NCBI GenBank assembly: GCA_944390895.1
Contig: CALXRQ010000002.1
Span: forward strand, 12,016-76,015
Direction: 5' to 3'
Source: an uncultured Alphaproteobacteria bacterium
GTDB lineage: Bacteria; Pseudomonadota; Alphaproteobacteria; RF32; CAG-239
DNA length: 64,000 bases
Below the pieces are notes generated by a model. That model had not been told where the DNA came from. It worked only from the letters and a program-made list of their open reading frames with translations, and did not search any database. Positions 1 through 9,761 of the stretch are shown here, piece after piece. A program made the translations under genes and the position numbers. How positions within the stretch are numbered: position 1 is the first letter of the stretch; every line of letters begins with the position of its first letter.

Positions 1-1575
1 ATCATCAGATTGACTCCCGACTTTGCGATCGTTGACGTCGGATTGAAATCTGAAGGCCGCATTCCTCTTCGTGAATTTGGCCAAAATGCAGAATTGAAAG
101 TCGGCGATCAGGTAGAAGTTTATGTTGACCGTTATGAAGACAAAGACGGCAACATTGTTCTGTCCCGTGAAAAAGCCCGCCGCGAAGAAGCTTGGCAAGA
201 CCTTGAAAAATGCCTCAACTCCGGTGAAAGAGTTAACGGCGTTATCTTTGGCCGCGTTAAAGGCGGTTTCACCGTTGACCTCAACGGCGCCATTGCTTTC
301 CTGCCGGGTTCTCAGATTGACATTCGCCCGATTCGCGACATTACGCCGTTAATGGGCATCTCTCAGCCGTTCCAGATTTTGAAAATGGATAAGGTTCGCG
401 GCAACATCGTTGTTTCCCGCCGCGTCGTTCTTGAAGAAACGCGTGCCGAAGCCCGTGCCGAGCTCATCAATGACCTCAAAGAAGGTTCAATTCTTGAAGG
501 CGTTGTCAAAAACATCACCGATTACGGTGCTTTCATCGATTTGGGTGGTGTTGACGGCTTGTTGCACGTTACCGACATTTCTTGGAAACGCATTAACCAC
601 CCGGCAGAAGTTTTGTCTGTCGGCCAGACCGTTAAAGTTCAGGTTATCAAGTTCAATGAAGACAACCAGAGAATTTCTTTGGGTATGAAACAGCTGGAAG
701 CTGATCCTTGGGCTGCGGTTGCCGACAAATATCATGTTGGCGAAGTTTATACCGGTAAGGTTACCAACATCACCGATTATGGTGCTTTCGTTGAGCTTGA
801 AGACGGTATTGAAGGTCTGGTTCACGTTTCTGAAATGAGCTGGACCCGCAAAAACGTACATCCGGGCAAAATCGTTTCCACTTCTCAGGAAGTTGAAGTT
901 AAGGTTTTGGAAGTTGATGCCGACAAACGCCGCATCAGCCTCGGCATTAAGCAGTGCACGCCTAATCCTTGGGCCGCTTATGTCGAAGAGCATCCGGTCG
1001 GTTCCGTCATTGAAGGCAAAATCAAAAACATTACCGAGTTTGGTCTGTTTGTTGGTTTGTCCGATGAAATCGACGGTATGATTCACTTAAGCGACATCTC
1101 TTGGGACAAGTCCGGCGAGGAAGCCGTTAAAGACTACACCAAGGGTCAGGACATTCAGGCCAAGATTATCGACGTTGACGTTGAAAAAGAACGCATCAGC
1201 CTCGGTATTAAACAGCTTACCGAAAATACGCTGGCAACGGCTTTGGAAAGCATGAAGAAAGGCGATGTTGTCAAAGCAACCGTCACTTCTACCGATGACA
1301 AAGGCGTAACCGTCGAAGTAAACGGCGTCAGCGCAGTCATTAAAAAAGCTGACCTTTCCCGCGAGAAAGCCGGTCAAAATCCGGAAAACTTCAAGGAAGG
1401 CGATGTCGTTGAAGCCAAAGTTACTTCCGTAGACAAGAAGAACAACAAACTGGGTCTTTCCATTAAGGCTTTGGAAGTTGAAGAAGAGAAGAAGGCTCTT
1501 GAGGAATATTCTTCTGCTTCAACCGGTTCTTCTTTGGGTGACGTCTTGGGCGAAGCCTTGAAGAAAAATGCTTAA
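1..1575 (+). CDS. rpsA: 30S ribosomal protein S1, 5'-truncated by window edge
   Basis: The frame is open from base 1, and the track start at 10 is an internal TTG. There are tandem S1/OB repeats with a recurring G-V-x-x-ITDYGAFV-L-x-G-I-EGL-HVSE pattern. The stop is followed by a hairpin terminator. Confidence 0.95.
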   Translation: MIRLTPDFAIVDVGLKSEGRIPLREFGQNAELKVGDQVEVYVDRYEDKDGNIVLSREKARREEAWQDLEKCLNSGERVNGVIFGRVKGGFTVDLNGAIAFLPGSQIDIRPIRDITPLMGISQPFQILKMDKVRGNIVVSRRVVLEETRAEARAELINDLKEGSILEGVVKNITDYGAFIDLGGVDGLLHVTDISWKRINHPAEVLSVGQTVKVQVIKFNEDNQRISLGMKQLEADPWAAVADKYHVGEVYTGKVTNITDYGAFVELEDGIEGLVHVSEMSWTRKNVHPGKIVSTSQEVEVKVLEVDADKRRISLGIKQCTPNPWAAYVEEHPVGSVIEGKIKNITEFGLFVGLSDEIDGMIHLSDISWDKSGEEAVKDYTKGQDIQAKIIDVDVEKERISLGIKQLTENTLATALESMKKGDVVKATVTSTDDKGVTVEVNGVSAVIKKADLSREKAGQNPENFKEGDVVEAKVTSVDKKNNKLGLSIKALEVEEEKKALEEYSSASTGSSLGDVLGEALKKNA

Positions 1576-1592
1576 TCTTCAGCGGATTAAAT

Positions 1593-1631
1593 AAAAAAAT
1601 CTCCCGGTTATGTTCCGGGAGATTTTTTTTG
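1593..1631. terminator. Rho-independent hairpin (ATCTCCCGG/CCGGGAGAT) flanked by A-run and T-run, bidirectional
   Basis: A perfect 9-bp stem is followed by T8. It lies between convergent rpsA and the 1646..2017 gene. Confidence 0.8.
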
Positions 1632-1645
1632 CTGAAAATAATAAA

Positions 1646-2017
1646 TCAGTGCCAGTTGCCGTTGGGCGTGATAAACCACTCGCGGCCGTTTCCTCTGACC
1701 CGCCAGCCTAATGTTTGGTACGAATAGGAATAATACGGATAATATTCGCAATATACCAGATTATGGGGGCGTCCCTGCTGATAAGTATAAAACGGTTCCA
1801 GATAAAAATACCAATAGTCGCCGTGGTAGTTCTGCGTCACTTTATACTGACACCCGCCCAGGGCTTCAATGGTATAGTCTCCTTCTTCCTGATACCAGAC
1901 GGAACCGCCAATCAGACTGTCTTTCAAATCGTCCCAAATCTCTTCGCAGCCGGTCATGCTCAAGGTTGCTGCGCTGAGCGCCAAAACAACCATGATTGAA
2001 TGGATAAAACGTTTCAT
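1646..2017 (-). CDS. hypothetical lipoprotein, Tyr/Trp-rich
   Basis: The N-terminal signal has a lipobox (LSMTGC). I recognise no family. Confidence 0.6.
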   Translation of the reverse strand: MKRFIHSIMVVLALSAATLSMTGCEEIWDDLKDSLIGGSVWYQEEGDYTIEALGGCQYKVTQNYHGDYWYFYLEPFYTYQQGRPHNLVYCEYYPYYSYSYQTLGWRVRGNGREWFITPNGNWH

Positions 2018-2140
2018 ATTGTTAGTTTTTGGTTTTTATAATAATATTTTCGATGAAAATCACATAGTCTTAAAATTGCTCTTTCATTATATCCTTTTTG
2101 GGCTTTTTTGTCAAAATTTTAATTGTTACGGTTTTGTTAT

Positions 2141-2172
2141 AAAAAAATCCTCCGTCCAAACGGCGGAGGATT
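2141..2172 (-). terminator. Rho-independent terminator for the 2194..2898 gene
   Basis: The stem is ATCCTCCG/CGGAGGAT, with a T-run on the minus strand. Confidence 0.7.
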
Positions 2173-2193
2173 CTGACTAAGGACAATAATTTT

Positions 2194-2898
2194 TTAACGA
2201 TGCGGTCGTGCATCTCTGTCTCGGTGCATAGACCTTTGGCCGTTTCTTGCCGGAGCATGATTCCGGTTTTGTGCCGGTCGCGCCTGGTTCCGATAAGAGC
2301 GGTTCGGCTCGCGGTGCGGGCTTTCGTATCGTCTTGCCGGCGGCCGTTGGGGCGTAACGTTCCGATGCTCGGGAGCGCGTACCTGCCTTTGCGGCGGAAG
2401 GGAGCGGCGGTGGTCATAAAATCTGTGTCGCGGCGGCGGAGCATAACAATGTCCGTGATAGCGGTGATGCGGCCTGCCGTGCCAGAAATGCCAGTTGTAG
2501 AAATTTATATGTCTGCATCTGGCCACGGGATAATGATAATGCGGATAGTAAACCGGCGTATAACTCATGCGCCGCCAATAGCCGTACGGATCCAGAAAAT
2601 AGCTGATGCCGTTGAGCAGGCGGTACCAGACCAGCCGCCCGTTGAGAAAATAAGGCAGCAGCCCCCGGTCGGGATAATAACGTTCAAAACAGATGCGGTA
2701 GCGTCGCGGTCCCTGAATAACCAGATAGATTCCGTCATTGGCTTCCAAAATGGACGTTCCGTCCCAGTGCCATTGCCGGCCGGTCAAAGTCAAATCGCTG
2801 TCTACGGTGTAGTCATATCCGTAATCATAGTCATACTGTGCTGCGGCGGGATTTACGCTGAGCATAAATAACCACGCCAGAAACAGAATTTTTTTCAT
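2194..2898 (-). CDS. secreted hypothetical protein with Tyr-rich N-domain and extremely basic Arg/His/Pro-rich tail
   Basis: It has a Sec-type signal (MKKILFLAWLFMLSVNPAAAQ) and a downstream minus-strand terminator. The mirror ORF 2200..2871(+) has no signal and is judged an antisense artefact. Confidence 0.55.
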   Translation of the reverse strand: MKKILFLAWLFMLSVNPAAAQYDYDYGYDYTVDSDLTLTGRQWHWDGTSILEANDGIYLVIQGPRRYRICFERYYPDRGLLPYFLNGRLVWYRLLNGISYFLDPYGYWRRMSYTPVYYPHYHYPVARCRHINFYNWHFWHGRPHHRYHGHCYAPPPRHRFYDHRRSLPPQRQVRAPEHRNVTPQRPPARRYESPHREPNRSYRNQARPAQNRNHAPARNGQRSMHRDRDARPHR

Positions 2899-2989
2899 AT
2901 GGCAATGAATTTAGAGTTTACAAATATAGAGAATAAAAAATACGTAACGTATTTTTATGCTAGACGAATTCTGTCTTTTTGTCAAACTC

Positions 2990-3976
2990 TTAAAACAGGG
3001 AGCGGATTTTGTCGGCAACCTCGGAAGCGGCGTTAAGTTTTTTGCCGCCCTTGAACTCTTTTCTCAAAGGGCTGTCGCAGGCGATGGCATAACCGCCGTC
3101 ATACAGCGACTGAACAAAGCGCAATTGTTTGGGCGTCAGCCAGTTTTTGCCGCAGTATACATAGACCGGATGCCCGGTGCCGCAGGATTCGCAGGTCATA
3201 GAAACGGAATCTCCGGTGACGATGATATTGTCGGCGCAGGCCAGATAGCCCATATAGGGGTTGTCCTTTTTTTCTCCCCACAGATAAGTATAGGCGGGAA
3301 TGTCCTTGAGGATACCCATAATCAGACGTCTGGCTTCTTCGCCGGTGCGCCATGAATCCGTAATCAGTATTGAACCGCCGCTTTCTTTTTTCAGCTTCAA
3401 AACCTCTTCAGCAAAGCCGCGCGCATTTTCAAGAGAAAACGGCTTTCCTTTGACCGCGCCGCCGACAATCACAGTTGTCCAGGGACGCGGCAGATCTAAT
3501 CCGGCAAAAACCGGTTCCCATTTTGCCCGGGCCTCATTCATTGCTTTTTCGGTTGTTCTCGTCGGCGAACCTACCGTATAGACAATATTGGCACATTTGG
3601 TTTTGCCACGGTCGTGCTCGGGAACGAACACGGCGTCAAATTCGGCAATGCCGGCGCCGGGTCCGGGATGCAGCAACTGTACGATTTTGGTTTTGCCTTT
3701 GGCGCGTTTTTTTATCCAACGGGCAACGGAAGCCGTCCGCCGCGTACCCGAAATCACCAAATCCGGAAACGGGGCCGTCAGGTTTTGCCGGCTCTCTTTG
3801 GAAACGCCCAGCAGCGAAGCGCCTTTGATAATATTCGGCAACTTGGCCCAAGGGGTATAGACAATCTTTTTTTCGATGACTTCAAATTCGTCTTCGGCAA
3901 ACTGTGCCAGCACGCCGCGGATTACGTTTACACTTCCCATTCTGTTGTCCAGAAGCGCCCAGATGATTTTTTTCAT
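2990..3976 (-). CDS. ELM1/DUF1022-family (mitochondrial-fission ELM1-like, glycosyltransferase-fold) protein
   Basis: The C-terminal motif NPYMGYLACADNIIVTGDSVSMTCES matches my recollection of the ELM1 family signature. The start was moved to the MKKIIWALLD ATG at 3976. Confidence 0.65.
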   Translation of the reverse strand: MKKIIWALLDNRMGSVNVIRGVLAQFAEDEFEVIEKKIVYTPWAKLPNIIKGASLLGVSKESRQNLTAPFPDLVISGTRRTASVARWIKKRAKGKTKIVQLLHPGPGAGIAEFDAVFVPEHDRGKTKCANIVYTVGSPTRTTEKAMNEARAKWEPVFAGLDLPRPWTTVIVGGAVKGKPFSLENARGFAEEVLKLKKESGGSILITDSWRTGEEARRLIMGILKDIPAYTYLWGEKKDNPYMGYLACADNIIVTGDSVSMTCESCGTGHPVYVYCGKNWLTPKQLRFVQSLYDGGYAIACDSPLRKEFKGGKKLNAASEVADKIRSLF

Positions 3977-4077
3977 GTTTGATAACTCTAAAAAATAAAT
4001 GGTCAACCGATTCTAATAACGTTAGTATAAACACAATAATTGCTAAAACAATGTTTTTTCTTGCAAGGAGAGGAAAG

Positions 4078-4380
4078 ATGCGGATTATTTTCTTAAGCAT
4101 TGCGGCGGCATTGCTGCTTCCCGTCTCGGCGGCGGCCCAGATGTCTGCCAGCAAAGATGCGCAGTATCTGGCAACCATAAAGGCTGTTTCGGCTTACAAA
4201 ATCAACGATGAAGAAACGCTTCGCGATATCGAACGCTTACGGGAAAACAAACGTTTTAACAATGATCTGCAGAAAATGTTGAACAAACTGCAAAATACCA
4301 GAACCAAAAACAGCGACAATAAAAAAGTATTGCAGATTTTGGAAAACGCCGGCAAGCAGATTTATGACATTTTGAAATAA
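4078..4380 (+). CDS. small secreted hypothetical protein
   Basis: An AGGAGAGGAAAG RBS lies directly before the ATG at 4078. The signal peptide is MRIIFLSIAAALLLPVSAAAQ. The track start at 3979 is an upstream extension. Confidence 0.6.
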   Translation: MRIIFLSIAAALLLPVSAAAQMSASKDAQYLATIKAVSAYKINDEETLRDIERLRENKRFNNDLQKMLNKLQNTRTKNSDNKKVLQILENAGKQIYDILK

Positions 4381-4452
4381 TCGGCGGTTAAGTTTTATTT
4401 AAGAAAAAACTGCTAAATTGTTGGTAATAAATCTTTTTTAAGGATACTGCCT

Positions 4453-4629
4453 ATGTATGAAAACTTTGACGCCGAACGTTCGCTGGAACATCTGAACCGC
4501 CTGCGCCGCCAGGTGGCCTCCCTGAAAGGGGAAGAAGTGGAAGGCCTGACCCCGCTGGAAAAGGAAAATGAGCCGCAGATTGTCTCGGTCAAAAAAGTTA
4601 TGAAATCAAAAGCCAAAGAGATAAGCTGA
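4453..4629 (+). CDS. 58-aa hypothetical protein (below ORF-track cutoff), translationally coupled to next gene
   Basis: I translated it by hand as MYENFDAERSLEHLNRLRRQVASLKGEEVEGLTPLEKENEPQIVSVKKVMKSKAKEIS. Its TGA overlaps the ATG of the 4629 ORF (ATGA-type overlap). Confidence 0.4.
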   Translation: MYENFDAERSLEHLNRLRRQVASLKGEEVEGLTPLEKENEPQIVSVKKVMKSKAKEIS

Positions 4630-4934
4630 TGAACAGACTGTATGTTTTTTTTCTGGCCGCCGCCATTTCTTCCTGTTCCTGGCTTCCGGGCAAAACGACA
4701 GCGGAAATGGAAGTTCCGGTTCCGGACTATCAGCGTTTTGCCGAAAATGTTTCGATTGTAAAGCAAACCTCAACCGGTGTGGTTTATGAATATAAAAACG
4801 TACGCATTGACGAACTGGCAATTTTGGCTTCTCTGTATTGTCACGACCAGTCCGGCAAAAAAGCGTATTTGGATAAAATAACCCTGTACCGCAATAATTC
4901 CAGACGCGCGATGTTTATCTGCAAAAATCTTTAA
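4629..4934 (+). CDS. hypothetical lipoprotein
   Basis: The signal has a lipobox (AAISSC). Confidence 0.6.
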   Translation: MNRLYVFFLAAAISSCSWLPGKTTAEMEVPVPDYQRFAENVSIVKQTSTGVVYEYKNVRIDELAILASLYCHDQSGKKAYLDKITLYRNNSRRAMFICKNL

Positions 4935-5025
4935 TAAAAGTTTTGCTCAGAGGCTCGGAAAGTTGCAAATAAAGTTTTGTCTTCCTATATAATATTAAAG
5001 AAACAATAGGTTGTTGAGCAAAAAA

Positions 5026-5979
5026 ATGAGCAAAAATTTATATCACGTTTTAGGAATATCCAAAGATGCGAGCGAAGCCGAAATAAAGTCGGCCTATCGT
5101 AAACTGGCGCGCAAATATCATCCCGATGTCAACAAAGACAGCAAAGAGGCTGCCGACAAGTTTAAGGAAATTTCCTGTGCTTATGACATTTTGGGCAATA
5201 AGGAAAAACGTCAAAAATATGATAATAACGAAATTGACGACGAAGGCAAACCGACCGGTTTCGGCGCCGGGTTTGGCGGTGCCGGCAGCGGCGGCGGAAG
5301 CTATTATAACTATTCTGCCGGCAGCAATCCGTTTGGCAGCGGTTTCGGCGGTAACGGCGGCGGTTTTGATTTTTCTTCCATTTTCGGCGAAGACATTTTC
5401 TCGCAGTTTTCGGGCGGCGGAAACTCTGCCGGAGCCAATCCGTTCGGCGGCGCGTCGCGTCGTCCCCGCAAGGGTGAAGATATAGCTTATACGATGCGGA
5501 TTGATTTTCTGAGCGCCGCCCAAGGCGCGGAGAAGGCCGTTAATATCAACGGCAAAACCATTAATGTCAAAATTCCGTCCGGAACGGCAGACGGGCAGAC
5601 GCTGCGCCTGAAAGGGCTGGGACAGCCGAGTTTTAACGGAGGTCCGGCCGGAGACGTGCTCATCACGCTGAATGTAGACAGGCACCCGTATTTTGAGGCT
5701 CAGGGGCTGGACGTGCATTTGGAACTGCCGATATCCATGAAAGAAGCCGTCCTTGGCGGCAAAGTGACCGTGCCGACAATTTCGGGAAAAGTGAACGTCA
5801 CTATTCCGCCTTATTCCTCCGGCGGAGAAAAACTGCGCCTGAAAGGCAAGGGAATCAAAAACAAAACCGGCGTCGGCGATGAAATCATCACGTTGAAAAT
5901 CGTTGCGCCGAAAAATAAAAGCCCGGAACTGGAAAAAACGCTGTCGGTGCTGCCTGACGAAACGATTAGGACTTTTTAA
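5026..5979 (+). CDS. cbpA: J-domain co-chaperone, CbpA type (J domain + G/F region + DnaJ C-terminal domains, no zinc finger)
   Basis: It has [32 protein letters not shown] with the HPD motif, followed by a Gly/Phe-rich linker. No CxxCxGxG repeats are present. ATG 5026 is preferred over the TTG at 5011. Confidence 0.8.
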   Translation: MSKNLYHVLGISKDASEAEIKSAYRKLARKYHPDVNKDSKEAADKFKEISCAYDILGNKEKRQKYDNNEIDDEGKPTGFGAGFGGAGSGGGSYYNYSAGSNPFGSGFGGNGGGFDFSSIFGEDIFSQFSGGGNSAGANPFGGASRRPRKGEDIAYTMRIDFLSAAQGAEKAVNINGKTINVKIPSGTADGQTLRLKGLGQPSFNGGPAGDVLITLNVDRHPYFEAQGLDVHLELPISMKEAVLGGKVTVPTISGKVNVTIPPYSSGGEKLRLKGKGIKNKTGVGDEIITLKIVAPKNKSPELEKTLSVLPDETIRTF

Positions 5980-6542
5980 TGCTGCTGGATGCCCTGAAAG
6001 ATTTTGAATGGTATAACGAACCGGAAAACGTTCGTTTCAATGATGCGGGCATGGTCATAGATACGCGTGCCAAGACGGATTTCTGGCAAAGTACGCACCA
6101 TAATTTCCATAAAGACGACGGACACTTCTTTTTCACCCGCATCGAGCGTGATTTTGAGCTGGTAGTAAAATGGAGTTTTGAAAAAGCCTGTCTGTTTGAC
6201 CAGTGCGGCCTGATGCTGCGGGTGGACGAGCGCAATTGGTTTAAGGTCAGTCTGATGTCGGAAGACGCATCGCGTCCCAAACTGGGCAGCAGCCTGACCA
6301 ATTTTGGCTATTCTGACTGGGCGGTCGTCAGCCTGGATTCGCCGCTGAATGAAATCTGGTACAAGCTGCGGCGCAACGGCGGCGATTATATCGCCTACTA
6401 TTCGCTGGACGGCATCGTGTATAATCAGTTGCGGCTGTTCCACCTGATTAACGATAACGGCGAACTGAAAGCCGGTGCCTATGCCTGCGCGCCGCGCCGC
6501 GACGATTTTGAGTGCGTGTTGGAAGTTCTGGACATTAATTAA
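5979..6542 (+). CDS. DUF1349-family (concanavalin-like) protein
   Basis: The WYNEP...W and FELVVKW pattern matches what I recall for DUF1349. The start overlaps the cbpA stop (TAATG). Confidence 0.6.
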   Translation: MLLDALKDFEWYNEPENVRFNDAGMVIDTRAKTDFWQSTHHNFHKDDGHFFFTRIERDFELVVKWSFEKACLFDQCGLMLRVDERNWFKVSLMSEDASRPKLGSSLTNFGYSDWAVVSLDSPLNEIWYKLRRNGGDYIAYYSLDGIVYNQLRLFHLINDNGELKAGAYACAPRRDDFECVLEVLDIN

Positions 6543-6618
6543 ACTGTCTTAAACACTGGACAATGCCGGAGCTGTGTCTTATATTAAAATATATTAATTT
6601 TTATAAAGGCATTCTCCG

Positions 6619-8019
6619 ATGACAACCTATAACACTACCAAAGTTATCAAAATCAAGCATTTCTGGCTTTATGTCATTGCCGTTGTCGCCTCGCTGGGCG
6701 GGCTGCTTTCCGGTTTCGATACCGGCGTTGTTTCCGGGGCTCTGCTTTTCATCAACGAAACCTGGACGATTTCACCGTTTGAGCAGGGGTGGATCGTCAG
6801 TGCCGCCATTGTCGGTGCTGTTATCGGCGCGGCCATGAACGGTTCTTTGTCGGATATTTACGGCCGCAAGAAAATCATTGTTGCCACCGGTGTCATCTTT
6901 GCCTTAGGCTCGCTGATGTGTGCCTATGCGACGACGCCGTACTGGCTGATTGCCGCCCGCGTCGTCATCGGTCTGGCCGTCGGAATGGTAAACTTTGTGG
7001 TTCCTCTGTATTTGTCTGAAATTGCGCCGCAGAAAATTCGCGGTATGCTGGTGTCCTTGTTTCAGCTGGCCATTACCGCCGGTATTTTGTTTTCTTATCT
7101 GATTAACCGTGTGTTTGCCAATGCCGAATATAACTGGCGCTGGATGCTGGGTGCAGGTCTGGTGCCGGCAGTCATTCTGCTGGTCGGCATAACTTTTCTC
7201 GGCGATACGCCGCGCTGGTTGATCAGCAAAAAACGCGATGACGAAGCCAGGGAAATTTTTCTGAAAATCAATCCCGAAGACGATGCCGAGGCTCATATAA
7301 AGGAAGTGCGGGCCACCATTCAGGGGAACAGTCCTTCCAAAAAACAGAAGGTTTTCCAAAAATGGATGCTGATGCCGGTTTTTGTCGGCGTGGGTATGAT
7401 GTTTATGCAGATTTGCACCGGTATCAACACCATCATTTTTTATACGACCACGATTTTTAAAATTGCCGGTTTTGCTGACAATATCAGCGCAATTTATGCC
7501 ACCATCGGCATTGGAGCCGTCAATTTCCTAATGACCTTTGTCGCTATTTTCTTTACCGACCGCTGGGGACGCAAACCGCTTTTGTATGTTGGTCTGTGGG
7601 GCGTCTTGATTGCTCTGCTGGCACTGGGCGGGGCTTTCCATTTTGCTGCGGAACTGGGTGATAATCTGAAATGGATTGCCGTTGCCAGCGTAGTTTTATA
7701 TATCACGGCTTTTGCCATGAGCCTGGGACCGATCGGCTGGATTATGGTTTCGGAGATTTTGCCTTTAAAAATCCGCGGTTTTGCCATGAGTTTGTGTACA
7801 GTTGCCAATTTCGGTTTCAATTTTATTGTCGTTTTGAGTTTTCTGCCGCTGATTCATTCCATCGGCGAAGCTTATACGTTTTGGATATTTGCCGGCATTG
7901 CCGTCCTGTCGCTGCTCTTTACCTATTTTCTGGTTCCCGAAACCAAGGGTATTTCACTTGAAAAAATTGAAAAAAACTGGCGCGAAGGCGTTCCTGCGCG
8001 GCAGTTCGGCAGAAACTGA
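6619..8019 (+). CDS. MFS sugar porter (sugar:H+ symporter family)
   Basis: It has 12-TM-like hydrophobicity. Motifs seen are GRKK after TM2, GDTPRWL (the PESPRWL variant), PETKG near the C-terminus and FGFDTGVVSGAL near the N-terminus. Confidence 0.9.
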   Translation: MTTYNTTKVIKIKHFWLYVIAVVASLGGLLSGFDTGVVSGALLFINETWTISPFEQGWIVSAAIVGAVIGAAMNGSLSDIYGRKKIIVATGVIFALGSLMCAYATTPYWLIAARVVIGLAVGMVNFVVPLYLSEIAPQKIRGMLVSLFQLAITAGILFSYLINRVFANAEYNWRWMLGAGLVPAVILLVGITFLGDTPRWLISKKRDDEAREIFLKINPEDDAEAHIKEVRATIQGNSPSKKQKVFQKWMLMPVFVGVGMMFMQICTGINTIIFYTTTIFKIAGFADNISAIYATIGIGAVNFLMTFVAIFFTDRWGRKPLLYVGLWGVLIALLALGGAFHFAAELGDNLKWIAVASVVLYITAFAMSLGPIGWIMVSEILPLKIRGFAMSLCTVANFGFNFIVVLSFLPLIHSIGEAYTFWIFAGIAVLSLLFTYFLVPETKGISLEKIEKNWREGVPARQFGRN

Positions 8020-8021
8020 CA

Positions 8022-8058
8022 AAAAACCCCGTGGAACCTTTAAGTTCCCGGGGTTTTG
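8022..8058. terminator. bidirectional hairpin terminator (AAAACCCCG...CGGGGTTTT)
   Basis: An inverted repeat with flanking A/T runs lies between convergent genes. Confidence 0.7.
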
Positions 8059-8087
8059 TTTAGTGGCGATTTGAAAAATCGCATGTT

Positions 8088-8264
8088 CTACTCAGTTGCC
8101 GTTTCTTCGGGAGCGTCTTTTTTTCCGGGCAGGTGTTTCTTGGCTTCTTCAACCACGTCGCCAACCAATTGCTTGAGAGCTTCTCTTTTGATGTAAGCCC
8201 AAATGCTGCCGCCGATTAAAAGCGCGCCGCCGATTCCTAAGCCGATAGCTGTGCTTCTTTTCAT
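8088..8264 (-). CDS. 58-aa single-TM hypothetical protein (below ORF-track cutoff)
   Basis: Hand translation gives MKRSTAIGLGIGGALLIGGSIWAYIKREALKQLVGDVVEEAKKHLPGKKDAPEETATE. It ends just before the bidirectional terminator. Confidence 0.45.
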   Translation of the reverse strand: MKRSTAIGLGIGGALLIGGSIWAYIKREALKQLVGDVVEEAKKHLPGKKDAPEETATE

Positions 8265-8421
8265 AATTCCAAAAATTTAAAAGATTAAAAAATTACTGTA
8301 AACTAACTCGGTTTTATACCATTTTGAAAAGGCAACCCTTAATAACTTTCCAGAATAATACAAAACGTAGACGCTAAAATATCACGTTTATTTCAGATGT
8401 AAACAGTTATTTTTATTATAA

Positions 8422-8964
8422 TTTAGACAAAAATCAGCAGTAGATATTGAATTAAATGAAAATGGTATCAATCAGGCACGTGTTTTAGCTGAAAAGTTAA
8501 AGGACATCAAGCTTGACGCCGTTTTTTCAAGCAGTTTGCAGCGCTCTTTGAAAACCGCCGAAATCGTCACTTCCGCACAGCCGGAAAATGTTCCGATTTT
8601 TGCTGAAGATGATTTGCGGGAAGGCAATTGCGGCGTCGCTGAAAAATTAAGCATTGCTGAAGCCAAGGAACGCTGGCCGGAAATTGCCCGTAGTTGGCAG
8701 ATTTTCAAAAAAGAAAATTTTGCCGTTCGTTTTCCCGAAGGCGAAAGCATTGGCGAGATGTCGGAGCGCGTATTTGCCGTTCTTGACCGCATTTCCGAAA
8801 ATGACGCCCTCAAAACCGTCGGCATATCCGTCCACGGTGGTGTCATGGGCATGATTTTTGCCACGCTCGGATTAGAGCATCCGATCATTCCCAATTGCTC
8901 CTATTTTATCCTTGAAGGCGGAGCAAAGCCGGGATATAGAATGATAGGCGGCCTCTGCGGTTGA
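8422..8964 (+). pseudogene. histidine phosphatase (phosphoglycerate-mutase-like) lacking its N-terminal RHG catalytic segment
   Basis: The in-frame sequence from 8422 reads ..DIELNENGINQARVLAEKLKDIKLDAVFSSSLQRSLKTAEIV. This is the family segment that normally follows RHGxT, but a TAA at 8419-8421 and AT-rich sequence replace the first ~25 codons. The C-terminal HGG motif is retained. Confidence 0.45.
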
Positions 8965-9081
8965 AAGCCGGGATAAAAAAACAGGGTTGTTTCCTTACGG
9001 GAAGCAGCTCTTTTTTTATTCCGATTGAATTGTAGAAGAAAAAAACATATATTTGTTTTAGAAAATATATGGGAGATGTCT

Positions 9082-9711
9082 ATGAAAGTTTTAATGATAA
9101 ACGGCAGCTGCAATGAAAAAGGCTGCACCAATAAGGCTTTGGAAACGGTGGCGGAAGTCCTGCGTCAAGAGGGCGTTGAAAGCGAAATCGTTCAGCTCGG
9201 AAAACTGCCGTACCGCGATTGTATCGGTTGCGGCACCTGTCGGAAAACCGGCAGCGGCAAATGTGTTTTTAATGATGATATTGTCAATACGATTATTGAC
9301 AAAGCCAAAACCGCTGACGGTTTTGTTTTCGGTTCGCCGGTTTATTATGCGCATCCGTCCGGCCGCCTGCTTTCGGTTTTGGATCGCGCGTTTTACGCCG
9401 GCGGTGAGGCTTTTGCCTTCAAACCCGGTGCTGCGGTAGTTTCGGCCCGCCGTGCCGGAACTACGGCTTCGATTGATGTTATCAATAAATATTTCACCAT
9501 TAACAAAATGCCGGTTGTTTCATCCACCTATTGGAATATGGTTCACGGTACCAAAGCCGAAGAGGTGTCTCAGGATCAGGAAGGCCTTCAGACCATGCGC
9601 AATATTGGCCGCAATATGGCTTGGCTGCTTAAATTAATTGAAAACGGCAAAAACGGCGGTCTTGAATCGCCGCAGCCGGAAAACGGCGCCCGCACCAACT
9701 TCATCCGTTGA
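9082..9711 (+). CDS. NADPH-dependent FMN reductase / iron-sulfur flavoprotein-like
   Basis: MKVLMINGS...GFVFGSPVYY indicates a flavodoxin-like fold, and there is a CIGCGTC cysteine cluster. A GGGAGA RBS precedes the ATG at 9082. Confidence 0.75.
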   Translation: MKVLMINGSCNEKGCTNKALETVAEVLRQEGVESEIVQLGKLPYRDCIGCGTCRKTGSGKCVFNDDIVNTIIDKAKTADGFVFGSPVYYAHPSGRLLSVLDRAFYAGGEAFAFKPGAAVVSARRAGTTASIDVINKYFTINKMPVVSSTYWNMVHGTKAEEVSQDQEGLQTMRNIGRNMAWLLKLIENGKNGGLESPQPENGARTNFIR

Positions 9712-9728
9712 ATGAAAACGGTAAAAAA

Positions 9729-9757
9729 ATACCCTCCGCTTTGGAGGGTATTTTTAT
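9729..9757 (+). terminator. Rho-independent terminator (TACCCTCC/GGAGGGTA + T-run)
   Basis: A perfect 8-bp stem is followed by T5. Confidence 0.75.
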
Positions 9758-9761
9758 AAAA

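Noticed and set aside
8472-8894. 140-aa minus-strand ORF
   Set aside because: It is antisense to the histidine-phosphatase remnant and has no motifs.
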